From the NCBI GenBank assembly GCA_050744225.1, contig JBOGGT010000076.1:63503-127502 (forward strand): 64,000 nt of DNA. Direction: 5' to 3'. The DNA comes from Acidimicrobiales bacterium (lineage in GTDB: Bacteria > Actinomycetota > Acidimicrobiia > Acidimicrobiales > JAJPHD01). A program made the position numbers and the translations under genes. The notes below the pieces were generated by a model that did no database searches, was not told the DNA's origin, and saw only the letters and a program-made list of their open reading frames with translations. Of this stretch, positions 18,302-26,595 are shown piece by piece (the stretch's first letter is position 1; every line of letters begins with the position of its first letter).

Positions 18302-18786
18302 GGGCGCTCGGCCTGGACCTCGGCGCGGCCCGCATCGGGGTGGCGCTCAGCGACAGCGGGGGGAGCATGGCGATGGCGCGAGACGCCATCTTGCGTTCGA
18401 CCGGCCCGGCGGATCGGCTGGTGGATCGCCAGGCCATCGCCGAGCTGGTGAGCTCGACCGGGGCCGGGGTGGTGGTGGTGGGCCTTCCGCTTTCGCTGGA
18501 CGGACGCATGGGGCCTGCCGCGCGGGCGGTGGCCGCTGAGGTGGACGCCCTGCGGGCCGCGCTGGCTGTGCCGGTGGAGGTGGCCGACGAGCGGTTCTCG
18601 ACCGTGACGGCGCGCCGGGCGTTGAGCGCTGCGGGACGCCCGGCGCGGCGCCAGCGGGGGGTGATCGACAGCGCTGCGGCCGCGGTCATACTCCAGTCCT
18701 GGCTCGACTGCCGCCGCCGGGCCGGACCCGGCGACCAGCCCGGCAGCCCGGTGGACGCACTGCCCGGCGGCGAGGCCTGCGGGTGA
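18298..18786 (+). CDS. ruvX: Holliday-junction resolvase-like nuclease RuvX/YqgF
   Basis: (M)RALGLDLGAARIGVALSD... The TTG start overlaps the alaS TGA (TTGA). Confidence 0.85.
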   Translation: MRALGLDLGAARIGVALSDSGGSMAMARDAILRSTGPADRLVDRQAIAELVSSTGAGVVVVGLPLSLDGRMGPAARAVAAEVDALRAALAVPVEVADERFSTVTARRALSAAGRPARRQRGVIDSAAAAVILQSWLDCRRRAGPGDQPGSPVDALPGGEACG

Positions 18787-19823
18787 GCGGACGCCCGCGG
18801 CATCGCCGTACCGGCTTGCTTATCGGACTGGTCACCCTCGCCGTGGTGGTCCTGGTGGCGGGCATCGGGTGGGCCGTGCTTCGCGGTCAGTCAGGCGGTT
18901 CGCCGGGGGGGGCTCCGGTCACCGTCAAGGTGTCCGCCGGTGAGGGTCTTTCGGCCCTCGCCCCGACCTTGGCCTCCGACGGGGTTGTCTCCAGCTCGCT
19001 CTCCTTCAAGCTCTACCTGCGGGGCAAGTCGAATCTCTCCGTCCAGGCCGGCACCTACGTCCTGCGTCGCCACGAGGCCTACTCCTCCATTCTGGCTACC
19101 CTCGCGAAGGGTCCACAGCTGGTCACCCTGGTCATCCCGGAGGGGTTCTCCCTTGCCCAGATTGCAGCCAGGGTGGGGACGATCCCGGGGCACAGCGCGG
19201 CTGGATTCCTGGCGGAGGCGATGAGCGGGCAGGTCACCTCGCCGTACGGGCCTTCGGGGACCGACGACCTGGAGGGCCTGCTGTTCCCGGCGACCTACAC
19301 CGTCGCCCCTGGTGCCACCGACGAGAAGATCCTGCAGATGATGGTCGACGCCTTCGACACCCGTGCTTCTTCTGCCGGTATCACCCAGGCCGCGGCCAAG
19401 CTGGGGATCAGCCCGTACGAGGCGGTCATCGTGGCCTCCCTGGTGATCAAGGAGGCCAAGCTGCCCGCGGACATGGGAAAGGTGGCCCGAGTGGTCTACA
19501 ACCGCCTGGCGGACGGGATGCCCTTGCAGATCGACGAGACCGTCATCTACGCCGCCGGCGGCGATCCGAACGCGCTCTCTGGGAAGAGCCCTGCGGAGGT
19601 GGAGCCGAACTCGCCTTACAACACCTACAACGTCAAGGGCCTGCCCCCCACCCCCATTGCCTCACCGGGGATGGCGGCCTTGGACGCGGCCCTGAGCCCG
19701 ACCCCGGGGAACTGGCTGTATTACGTGGTCGTCTCGCCGGACGGTGCTGAGGCGTTCTGCGCGACTTATGCCTGCCAGCAGGCCAACGTGGCCAAGGCTA
19801 CGTCTCAGGGCCTCCTCAACTGA
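18783..19823 (+). CDS. mltG: endolytic murein transglycosylase MltG (YceG)
   Basis: N-terminal TM segment, and YNRL....LQIDETV.Y...NSPYNTY...GLPPTPIASPG motifs. Confidence 0.85.
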   Translation: MSGRPRHRRTGLLIGLVTLAVVVLVAGIGWAVLRGQSGGSPGGAPVTVKVSAGEGLSALAPTLASDGVVSSSLSFKLYLRGKSNLSVQAGTYVLRRHEAYSSILATLAKGPQLVTLVIPEGFSLAQIAARVGTIPGHSAAGFLAEAMSGQVTSPYGPSGTDDLEGLLFPATYTVAPGATDEKILQMMVDAFDTRASSAGITQAAAKLGISPYEAVIVASLVIKEAKLPADMGKVARVVYNRLADGMPLQIDETVIYAAGGDPNALSGKSPAEVEPNSPYNTYNVKGLPPTPIASPGMAALDAALSPTPGNWLYYVVVSPDGAEAFCATYACQQANVAKATSQGLLN

Positions 19824-19834
19824 GCGCGTCTCGG

Positions 19835-20728
19835 CTGGCAGGCGTTCGGCCGGCGGGTGCGTGGCCCACGGGCGCCACCCGCCTGGTCGGCGTCATCGGG
19901 GACCCGGTCAGGCACTCGCTCTCACCGGTGCTGCACAACGCGGCCTTTGCCGCTTTGGGGATGGACTGGGCCTACGTGGCGCTCCCGGTGGTCGCCTCCG
20001 AGGTTGGCCCGGCGCTGCGGGCGGTGGTGGCGCTGGGCCTGGAAGGGCTCAACGTGACCATGCCTCACAAGGCTTCGGTGGCTGTCCACCTCGACCGTCT
20101 CAGCCCGACCGCCGCTGCGTTGGGGGCGGTGAACACGGTGGTTCGCCTGGGGGGCGAGCTGGTGGGTGAGAGCACCGACGGGTCGGGCTTCTTGGATGCG
20201 TTGCGCCTGGACGAGGGGTTCGACCCCTCCGGGCGCCGTTGCTGGGTTCAGGGTGGCGGGGGAGCGGCCAGGGCAGTGGTTCTCGCGCTGGCCGGTGCGG
20301 GGGCGGCGTCGGTGGTGGTGGCGAACCGCAGCGCGGAGCGGGCCGCCGCCGCCGCGGCTCTCGCCGGGCGGATCGGCAGGGTGGGAGGGCTGGAGGAGGC
20401 CGGCGACGCTGACCTGGTGGTGAATGCCACCCCCGTGGGCATGTCCGGTCGGGCCGGGTCCGGGGTGGCCGGGTCCGGCGGGGGGCTAGGCGAGCTGCCC
20501 CTGCGGGTCGAGCTGCTCGGTCCGGGACAGCTGGTGATTGACCTGGTATACCACCCCCTGCGGACGGCGCTGGTCGAGGCCGCCCTCAGCCGGGGAGCAA
20601 GGGCCAGCGGGGGCCTGGGGATGCTGGTGCATCAGGCAGCTCACTCCTTCAGGTTGTGGACCGGGGCGAAGGCGCCCCTGGAAGCGATGCGTGCAGCGGT
20701 TGCAGGCGTGGTCGATCCCGGGCCGTGA
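19835..20728 (+). CDS. aroE: shikimate dehydrogenase (5' boundary unresolved)
   Basis: The conserved GVIGDPVRHSLSPVLHNAAF lies upstream of the first canonical start (GTG 19928). Only CTG codons (19835, 19883) are available in frame after the stop at 19748. Confidence 0.75.
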   Translation: MAGVRPAGAWPTGATRLVGVIGDPVRHSLSPVLHNAAFAALGMDWAYVALPVVASEVGPALRAVVALGLEGLNVTMPHKASVAVHLDRLSPTAAALGAVNTVVRLGGELVGESTDGSGFLDALRLDEGFDPSGRRCWVQGGGGAARAVVLALAGAGAASVVVANRSAERAAAAAALAGRIGRVGGLEEAGDADLVVNATPVGMSGRAGSGVAGSGGGLGELPLRVELLGPGQLVIDLVYHPLRTALVEAALSRGARASGGLGMLVHQAAHSFRLWTGAKAPLEAMRAAVAGVVDPGP

Positions 20729-20732
20729 CGTA

Positions 20733-21602
20733 CTACTTCCAGACCGCGACCGGGGTGCCGTTGACCGAGTAAGTGTAGCCCCCGGTGCGTTTGGCTTCGT
20801 TGGGGTCGCTGGACAGGCGGCTGTAGTCGATCCCAAAGGTGTACTCGTGCGCAGTCGCGAGCCGCTTCCCGGTCGGGTCGGGGCTTTGCACGATGCCCCG
20901 GTCGACGAAGGCGCCGTCGGCGAAGCTGAACTGGTCCGGGTGGAGCACGTACCCGTCGGGGCCTGCGATGACCATCCAGGCGATGATCGCCCCACCGGTC
21001 TGGTCGCCCTGGGTGTCCAGCTCCCCGATCCGGGTCCCGTCCGGCGCGGTGTACCAGGAGACCTCGTCTGGGTCCGGGTTGTCGGTGGAGCTCAGCATCT
21101 GCACAGCCGGGGTGGTCCCCTTGACCGCGTCGAGGCGGGCGGTGCTCTCGTCAAGCAGGCAGCCGGCTATGGAGATGCCGTCGATGGTCCCGCCGGTGTG
21201 AAAGGCAAGCCTGCACACCGGGGCCCGTGCTGCCAACCAGGCACTGTCGCCCGAAAGGATCGCCGCTCGCCCCGCCGGGGTGGCTCTGGCGAACCTGGCC
21301 GCCTGCACTTCGTCGATCTTGGCATCGGTGTTGTCTGTCTGGATGGCCATGCAATTCTCGATGCCAAAGGTTGTCTCTGGCGAGGTGCAACTGGCCGGCA
21401 CCGCTTCGGAGGTGGCGGCGCGCCCAGATTCGGGGCCTTCGGTCTCGATGATGGGCACGAACTTCGAGGCTGACGTTGTCGTGGAGGTCGCGACTGATCC
21501 TCTGGTGGTGCTGGTAACAGGTGGAGGCAAAGAGGTGTTGCATGCCGCCTGGGCAAGTGGTATCCCCAGAGCGAGGGCGAGCAGGGCCGGTCTTGGGCGC
21601 AT
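20733..21602 (-). CDS. secreted lipoprotein, unknown function (possible LprI/DUF1311-like N-terminal region)
   Basis: The ATG at 21602 gives MRPRPALLALALGIPLAQAAC (lipobox). The longer ORF to 22130 would overlap the oxidase gene. Confidence 0.55.
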   Translation of the reverse strand: MRPRPALLALALGIPLAQAACNTSLPPPVTSTTRGSVATSTTTSASKFVPIIETEGPESGRAATSEAVPASCTSPETTFGIENCMAIQTDNTDAKIDEVQAARFARATPAGRAAILSGDSAWLAARAPVCRLAFHTGGTIDGISIAGCLLDESTARLDAVKGTTPAVQMLSSTDNPDPDEVSWYTAPDGTRIGELDTQGDQTGGAIIAWMVIAGPDGYVLHPDQFSFADGAFVDRGIVQSPDPTGKRLATAHEYTFGIDYSRLSSDPNEAKRTGGYTYSVNGTPVAVWK

Positions 21603-21641
21603 CGACCCATCCTGCCATACTGGCCAGGCTACGGTAGGCGG

Positions 21642-23312
21642 GTGATCGGCACCGAGGGAGCCCAGCCGGGCAGGATCGACAGGCGCGAGTTCCTCCGCAG
21701 TGCGGCCAAGGCCGCGGTTGTGCTGGGAAGCGCTGCGCTGGGCACGGCCGCGCTGGGAGGGTGCGGGAGCCCGGTGCACGGGGAGCCCCCTCTGGGCACC
21801 GACGGTCGCCCGGTCGGTTCCCCGCACCCCACGAGCCGCGCGCCGGCGACCACCCCGGCGACCACCGACACCACCATCGACACCGACCCACCGGACTGGG
21901 CCACCCTGGCCAACTCCCTGAAGGGTCGCCTGGTCCTGCCAGGAGGCCGGGGGTACACAACGGCCACCCAGCTCTTTAACCCCAGCTTCGACTCCATCCA
22001 CCCGGCGGCGGTGGCCTACTGTGCCAATCCCAGCGACGTCCAGCGCTCGATCGCCTTCGCTCGCGCCCACGGCGTGGCCCTGGCCACCCGCGGAGGCGGT
22101 CACAGCTTCGCCGGTTACTCCACTGGCCACGGCCTGGTGGTGGACGTCAGTTCGATGAGCTCTGTGACGGTGGAGGCAGGGGCGAGGACGGCGAGGGTGG
22201 GCGCTGGTGTGCGGCTCGTTGCACTATATTCCAAAATGGCTGGCCAGGGGGTGGCGCTGGCCGGCGGTTCCTGCCCGACGGTGGGGATCGCCGGGCTAAC
22301 CCTGGGGGGAGGCCTCGGGGTGGTGGATCGGACCCACGGGCTCACCTGCGACGCGCTCAGCTCCCTGGAGGTGGTCACCTCCGACTCCAGGTTGCTCACC
22401 TGCGACCCGGGGTCGGAGCCCGACCTTTTTTGGGCCAGTCAGGGAGGGGGCGGAGGGAACTTCGGGGTGGCCACTTCGTTCACCTTCGACGTTCACCCGG
22501 TCGATGAGCTCGCACTGTTCACCCTGGTCTGGCCTTGGGCGGCGGCGAACGACGTGGTCGGGGCCTGGCTGAGCTGGGGTCGGACCGCTCCTGATGCCAT
22601 CTGGGCCAACTGCCAGCTGGGGGCGTCGGCATCGGGGACCGCCGATGTGAGGGTGACCGGGGTGTGGGTGGGCTCCGCCGCCGCCCTGGCGACCGCGCTG
22701 GCGCCGTTGCGGGCAGCGGTGGGCTCAGCGCCGACCTACAGCTTCGTGGGGCCAGAGCCGTTCGTGAAGGCGATGATGATCGAGGCCGGTTGCGAGGGCG
22801 ACACCGTCGCCGAGTGCCACCTACCGAGCGAGAACCCGGCTGGCACGTTGAGCCGGTCCCCTTTCGCCACCAAGTCCAACTTTCTGACCGGGCCGCTCTC
22901 GGGGGCGGGAGTCGCCGCGGCGGTGGCGGCGGTGGCTGAGCGCACCAGTGTTGGGGAGCCGGGCTCGGGGGGGATCGTGCTCTCCCTGACCGGCGGTGCG
23001 ATCAACCAGGTTCCCGAGGCGTCCACGGCCTTCGTGCACCGCAATACCGAGTATTTGGTGGAGTACAACGCCGGGTGGGACACCGGGGCTTCGCCTGCGG
23101 TGGTCGCGGCCAACAAGGCCTGGGTTGCGCGGGCATGGACCTCGATGCAACCCTATGTCAGCGTCCAGGCGTACCAGAACTACATGGATCCAACCCTGGC
23201 CGGGTGGGAGGTCGCCTATTACGGGTCGAACCTGGCCCGGCTGGTTCGGGTAAAGGCGGCCTACGACCCCGACGACGTGTTCCACTTCGCCCAGAGCATC
23301 CCCACCCACTGA
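21642..23312 (+). CDS. Tat-exported FAD-linked oxidase with a berberine-bridge-enzyme-like C-terminus
   Basis: Twin-arginine signal (IDRREFLRSAA), the FAD_binding_4-type RGGGHSFAGYS motif and a C-terminal YQNY.D....W...YYG.N..RL..VK..YDP..VF. Confidence 0.8.
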   Translation: MIGTEGAQPGRIDRREFLRSAAKAAVVLGSAALGTAALGGCGSPVHGEPPLGTDGRPVGSPHPTSRAPATTPATTDTTIDTDPPDWATLANSLKGRLVLPGGRGYTTATQLFNPSFDSIHPAAVAYCANPSDVQRSIAFARAHGVALATRGGGHSFAGYSTGHGLVVDVSSMSSVTVEAGARTARVGAGVRLVALYSKMAGQGVALAGGSCPTVGIAGLTLGGGLGVVDRTHGLTCDALSSLEVVTSDSRLLTCDPGSEPDLFWASQGGGGGNFGVATSFTFDVHPVDELALFTLVWPWAAANDVVGAWLSWGRTAPDAIWANCQLGASASGTADVRVTGVWVGSAAALATALAPLRAAVGSAPTYSFVGPEPFVKAMMIEAGCEGDTVAECHLPSENPAGTLSRSPFATKSNFLTGPLSGAGVAAAVAAVAERTSVGEPGSGGIVLSLTGGAINQVPEASTAFVHRNTEYLVEYNAGWDTGASPAVVAANKAWVARAWTSMQPYVSVQAYQNYMDPTLAGWEVAYYGSNLARLVRVKAAYDPDDVFHFAQSIPTH

Positions 23313-23333
23313 GTCCCAACTGAGAGGCCGTCC

Positions 23334-24368
23334 ATGCCCAACGCCGCGCTGTACCACATGAATTTCCTCCAGGCGATCGTGATCGGCGCGATCCAGGGGA
23401 TCAGCGAGCTGTTCCCGATCTCGAGCCTGGGCCACACCGTGCTCATACCCTCCTGGATCGGCGGGACCTGGGCCACACTGGTCCGCCAGGAGTCGCTCTC
23501 GGAGAGCCCTTACCTGGCCTTCGTGGTCGGGCTCCACCTGGCGACCGGGGTGGTGCTGGTCAGCTTTTACATCCGTGAGTGGGCACGGGTGGTGATCGGG
23601 ATCATCCGCAGCCTGGTGCGCCGGCGGATCGAGACTGACGCAGAGCGCCTGGGGTGGCTCATCGTCATCGCCACCGTCCCGGTGGGGATCCTCGGCCTCC
23701 TGCTGGAGCACCAGTTCCGGGTCCTGTTCGCCAAGCCCGCTGCCTCGGCCATCTTCTTGACCATCAACGGGCTGATCCTGTTCGCCGGGGAGACCTACCG
23801 CCGGCGGGGCAAGCATTCGCGGGGCCTGGCCGGCTCTGCGGGCTTGGCCGGACCTGCGGGTTTGACCGGCTCGGGGATGCGACTGGGCGGGGCGCCCGAG
23901 CGCCGCAGCTTCGGTCCCCCATTGAAAGGCTCGCAGTTCAGGGACGACCGGATTGTGCCGATGGACTCCGAGGCTGAGCGGACACTCTCACGTATCGGGG
24001 TGACGAGTGCCTTTTTCATCGGACTCTCTCAGGTCCTGGCCCTCCTGGCGGGGATCAGCCGGGAGGGGGTGACCATGGTGGGCGGCCTGTACCGGGGTCT
24101 CAGCAACACCGACGCGATGCGCTTCTCCTTCCTGCTGTCCACCCCGGTGATCTTCGCCGCCGGCGCTCTGAAGGTCCCTGACCTGCTCGGACCCTATGGA
24201 GACGGCATCCGGGCTCAGGTGGTCGCCGGGAGCCTGGCTGCAGTGGCGACCTCGATATTCGCGGTGGTCTTTCTGTCTCGCTACTTCAAGACCCGGACGC
24301 TCCGGCCCTTCGCCATCTACTCCGTGCTGTTCGGGGTGGCCTCGATCATCCGCTTCGCGGTGTTCTAA
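23334..24368 (+). CDS. uppP: undecaprenyl-diphosphate phosphatase
   Basis: N-terminal AIVIGAIQGISELFPISSLGH and C-terminal FSFLLSTPVI motifs. It carries a Gly/Ala-rich repeat insertion. Confidence 0.9.
   Translation: MPNAALYHMNFLQAIVIGAIQGISELFPISSLGHTVLIPSWIGGTWATLVRQESLSESPYLAFVVGLHLATGVVLVSFYIREWARVVIGIIRSLVRRRIETDAERLGWLIVIATVPVGILGLLLEHQFRVLFAKPAASAIFLTINGLILFAGETYRRRGKHSRGLAGSAGLAGPAGLTGSGMRLGGAPERRSFGPPLKGSQFRDDRIVPMDSEAERTLSRIGVTSAFFIGLSQVLALLAGISREGVTMVGGLYRGLSNTDAMRFSFLLSTPVIFAAGALKVPDLLGPYGDGIRAQVVAGSLAAVATSIFAVVFLSRYFKTRTLRPFAIYSVLFGVASIIRFAVF
23823..23876. repeat. 18-nt tandem repeat x3
   Basis: Read directly. It encodes GLAGSA-GLAGPA-GLTGSG in a UppP loop. Confidence 0.9.
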
Positions 24369-24896
24369 GCCGGCCAGCAGGGTTTCCACCGAAGGGCGGT
24401 CGTCGGGGCTCGCCGGTCGCCACAGGGCGATCACCTCGGCGGAACGGACCACCGCATCTCCCCCCAGTTGGAGCGGGTCCTCCACAGGTGCGCGGATCTC
24501 TTTTCCCGAGGCACGGGTCCGGCGGTAGATCTCCTTTGTGCCTGGGGTCCACACCTCGCGCAGCTTGGCCCGGATGAGTCCGAGGCGTTGATAAGCCAGC
24601 CGCTCGGTGTCCGAAAGGAAGGGCCAGGGCCAGTCGAGCTGGCTCGCAAGCCGGGCGAGGGCCTCCGCCGGGCTGAACCCCACTGCCACCGGTTCGACCC
24701 CCAAGTCGCGGAGCTCGGCGGAGCGTTCGAGCACTTCGCAGAGGTGCTCATGGCAGGGAATGCAGTTGCGGTGGCGGATCAGGACAACCAAGCAGAGAGC
24801 TGGCCCAGCGCCGAGGTCGACCATGTCGCCGGACCGCGAGTCGGGCAGCACGATCCCGCCAAGCGACAGCCCCTCCGGCGCAATCATCTCCACCAT
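23988..24896 (-). CDS. AhpC/TSA-family (peroxiredoxin-like) thioredoxin-fold protein with a long low-complexity tail
   Basis: LVVLIRHRNCIPCHEH (CxxC) and PWPFLSD motifs. The recognisable domain ends near 24370, but the first in-frame stop is at 23988. Confidence 0.6.
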   Translation of the reverse strand: MVEMIAPEGLSLGGIVLPDSRSGDMVDLGAGPALCLVVLIRHRNCIPCHEHLCEVLERSAELRDLGVEPVAVGFSPAEALARLASQLDWPWPFLSDTERLAYQRLGLIRAKLREVWTPGTKEIYRRTRASGKEIRAPVEDPLQLGGDAVVRSAEVIALWRPASPDDRPSVETLLAGLEHREADDRGHPEQHGVDGEGPERPGLEVARQKDHREYRGRHCSQAPGDHLSPDAVSIGSEQVRDLQSAGGEDHRGGQQEGEAHRVGVAETPVQAAHHGHPLPADPRQEGQDLRESDEKGTRHPDT

Positions 24897-24920
24897 TGCC
24901 CACAGGTTACGCCGAACCGT

Positions 24921-24962
24921 CCAGTCCCCGCCGAGCGCGGCCCAGTCCCCGCCGAGCGCGGC
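24921..24962. repeat. perfect 21-nt direct repeat x2 (ccagtccccgccgagcgcggc)
   Basis: Read directly. It lies in the 95-nt divergent region between the AhpC-like start (24896) and the ligase ATG (24992). Confidence 0.95.
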
Positions 24963-24991
24963 CTACAGTGCGTTCGGTGGAACTTCCTGTC

Positions 24992-26056
24992 ATGCCTCCC
25001 GTGTCGCCCATGCTGGCTAAGGCGGCCAAGCAACTCCCCCCCGAGGGTGACTGGGCCTACGAGCCAAAATGGGACGGCTTCCGGACCGTGGTGTTCCGCG
25101 ACGGTGCGGAGATCGAGCTGGGGAGTCGGAACGAACGACCGCTCACCAGGTACTTCCCGGAACTGGTCGAGTAGCTTAGGGTCGCGCTGCCCGAGCGCTG
25201 CGTGCTGGACGGCGAGGTGGTCATCGCTGCTGCCGACGGCCTCGACTTCGACGCCCTGCTCGGCCGGATCCACCCGGCCGAGTCCCGGGTCCGCCGGCTC
25301 GCCGCTGAGACCCCGGCTTCGTTCGTGGCTTTCGACCTGCTTGCCCTCGACGACCTCGACCTTCGCTCGTCTCCCTTGATCCGACGCCGCGAGGCCCTGG
25401 CGGCGGTGCTGGACGGCGCTGCGCCCCCGGTGCACCTGACCCCGACCACCACCGACCGGGCGCTGGCAGTCGAATGGTTCCAGCGCTTCGAAGGTGCGGG
25501 GCTCGACGGGGTGGTAGCTAAGTCGCTCGGGCTCGAATACCTTGAGGGCGCCCGCCGCTGGGTGAAGGTCAAGCACCAGCGAACGGCCGACTGCGTGGTG
25601 GGCGGGTTCCGCTGGTACCGCGGGGGCAAGGGTGTGGGCTCGCTCCTGCTCGGTCTGCACGACACCCGGGGAGTCTTGCACCACGTCGGCGTCACGGCTG
25701 CGTTCACCCAGGCCCAGCGTTTGGAGCTGGTGGAGGTCCTCGAACCGCACCGGATGCATGGTTCCGACGGCCACCCCTGGGCTGCGATGTCCGACGATCC
25801 GGTGAGGCGGCCAGGAGGGCAGAGCCGGTGGAGTGCCGGGAAGGACCTGTCCTGGGAGCCGCTCGTCCCCGAGCTGGTGTGCGAGGTGGCATATGATCAC
25901 CTGCAGGGCCGACGTTTCCGCCATGCCGCTACATTCGTCCGGTGGCGCCCGGACCGCGAACCCGAAAGCTGTTGTTACGACCAGCTGGACGTCATTGCTC
26001 CGGCGCTGTTGGAGGAGGTATTTCGCGCCGGTCCTGGGCGCCCCAATCTGGGATGA
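24992..26056 (+). pseudogene. ATP-dependent DNA ligase (LigC/LigD-ligase-domain type) interrupted by an in-frame TAG at 25172-25174
   Basis: ORFs 24896..25174 and 25202..26056 are in the same frame. The first carries the adenylation motif EPKWDGFR, and the second continues with VLDGEVV..., FVAFDLL and GLDGVVAK. ...FPELVE-TAG-LRVALPERCVLDGE reads as one continuous sequence. Confidence 0.75.
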
Positions 26057-26065
26057 CCTCCGATC

Positions 26066-26569
26066 TCAGGATGGGGCGATTACGTTGCAGCCGAGCGAGC
26101 CCGCGGCGGCAGCCATCCTGTGGTCATAGGTGACCAAGCAAGCCAGGTCGTCGCCCAGTTGCAACGCGGTGGCCAGATGGATGGCGTCCAAGGAACGCAC
26201 AGTTGCGGGCCGGATCTTGGTTGCCGAGGAGAGGACCCGGTCGCTCACCCGCAACAGATCAATCCTCCTCAGGACATCTGTTCCCCGGCGGCGGGCGGTG
26301 GGACCGAGGCGGAGCTTGGCGAGGACCGATGAAGGGGGTTCCTGGCCAGGCTCGATGACCAGTGGTGGGGGAAGATCGTCCATCGCAGCGTTGGCCGGGG
26401 CTACTTCCCCGCTCGTGCGGAGCCGATCAAGGGGGCTGGCGGGGGGAAGCGGGCTGAGCAGTGCCACCGGTCGACCCCGATCAGTGATCTCGAAGACCTC
26501 CCCCCGCTCCACCTGGCGCAGGAGTTCGCTCGCCCGCTGCCTTAGCTCCCTGACCCCCACGGTCTCCAT
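26066..26569 (-). CDS. Phd/YefM-type antitoxin fused in frame to the C-terminal half of a PIN (VapC) toxin
   Basis: The N-terminus METVGVRELRQRASELLRQVERGEVFEITDRGRPVALL is antitoxin-like. The C-terminus ...VRSLDAIHLATALQLG....LVTYDHRMAAAAGSLG is the PIN C-terminal half. The PIN N-terminal acidic residues are absent. Confidence 0.6.
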   Translation of the reverse strand: METVGVRELRQRASELLRQVERGEVFEITDRGRPVALLSPLPPASPLDRLRTSGEVAPANAAMDDLPPPLVIEPGQEPPSSVLAKLRLGPTARRRGTDVLRRIDLLRVSDRVLSSATKIRPATVRSLDAIHLATALQLGDDLACLVTYDHRMAAAAGSLGCNVIAPS

Positions 26570-26595
26570 GTGCTAACAGTAGCACGTGGACCGTC

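Noticed and set aside
20733-22130. 465-aa version of the lipoprotein ORF, and the similar N-terminal extensions of ORFs 8067..9008, 26596..28194, 41630..42901, 9250..10581 and 9918..12074
   Set aside because: The extensions are Arg/Gly-rich. They overlap better-supported neighbours (the oxidase start, the riboswitch, the 4-Cys gene, qcrC, the lipoprotein gene). Internal starts reproduce the conserved N-termini or signal peptides.
25172-25174. The in-frame TAG in the ligase as pyrrolysine or a reassigned codon
   Set aside because: TAG is used as the apparent terminator of several ordinary genes here (whiB 6761, the S component 13027, the radical SAM gene 14143, lnt 52290). No pyl genes are visible, so a nonsense mutation or a sequencing error is more parsimonious.
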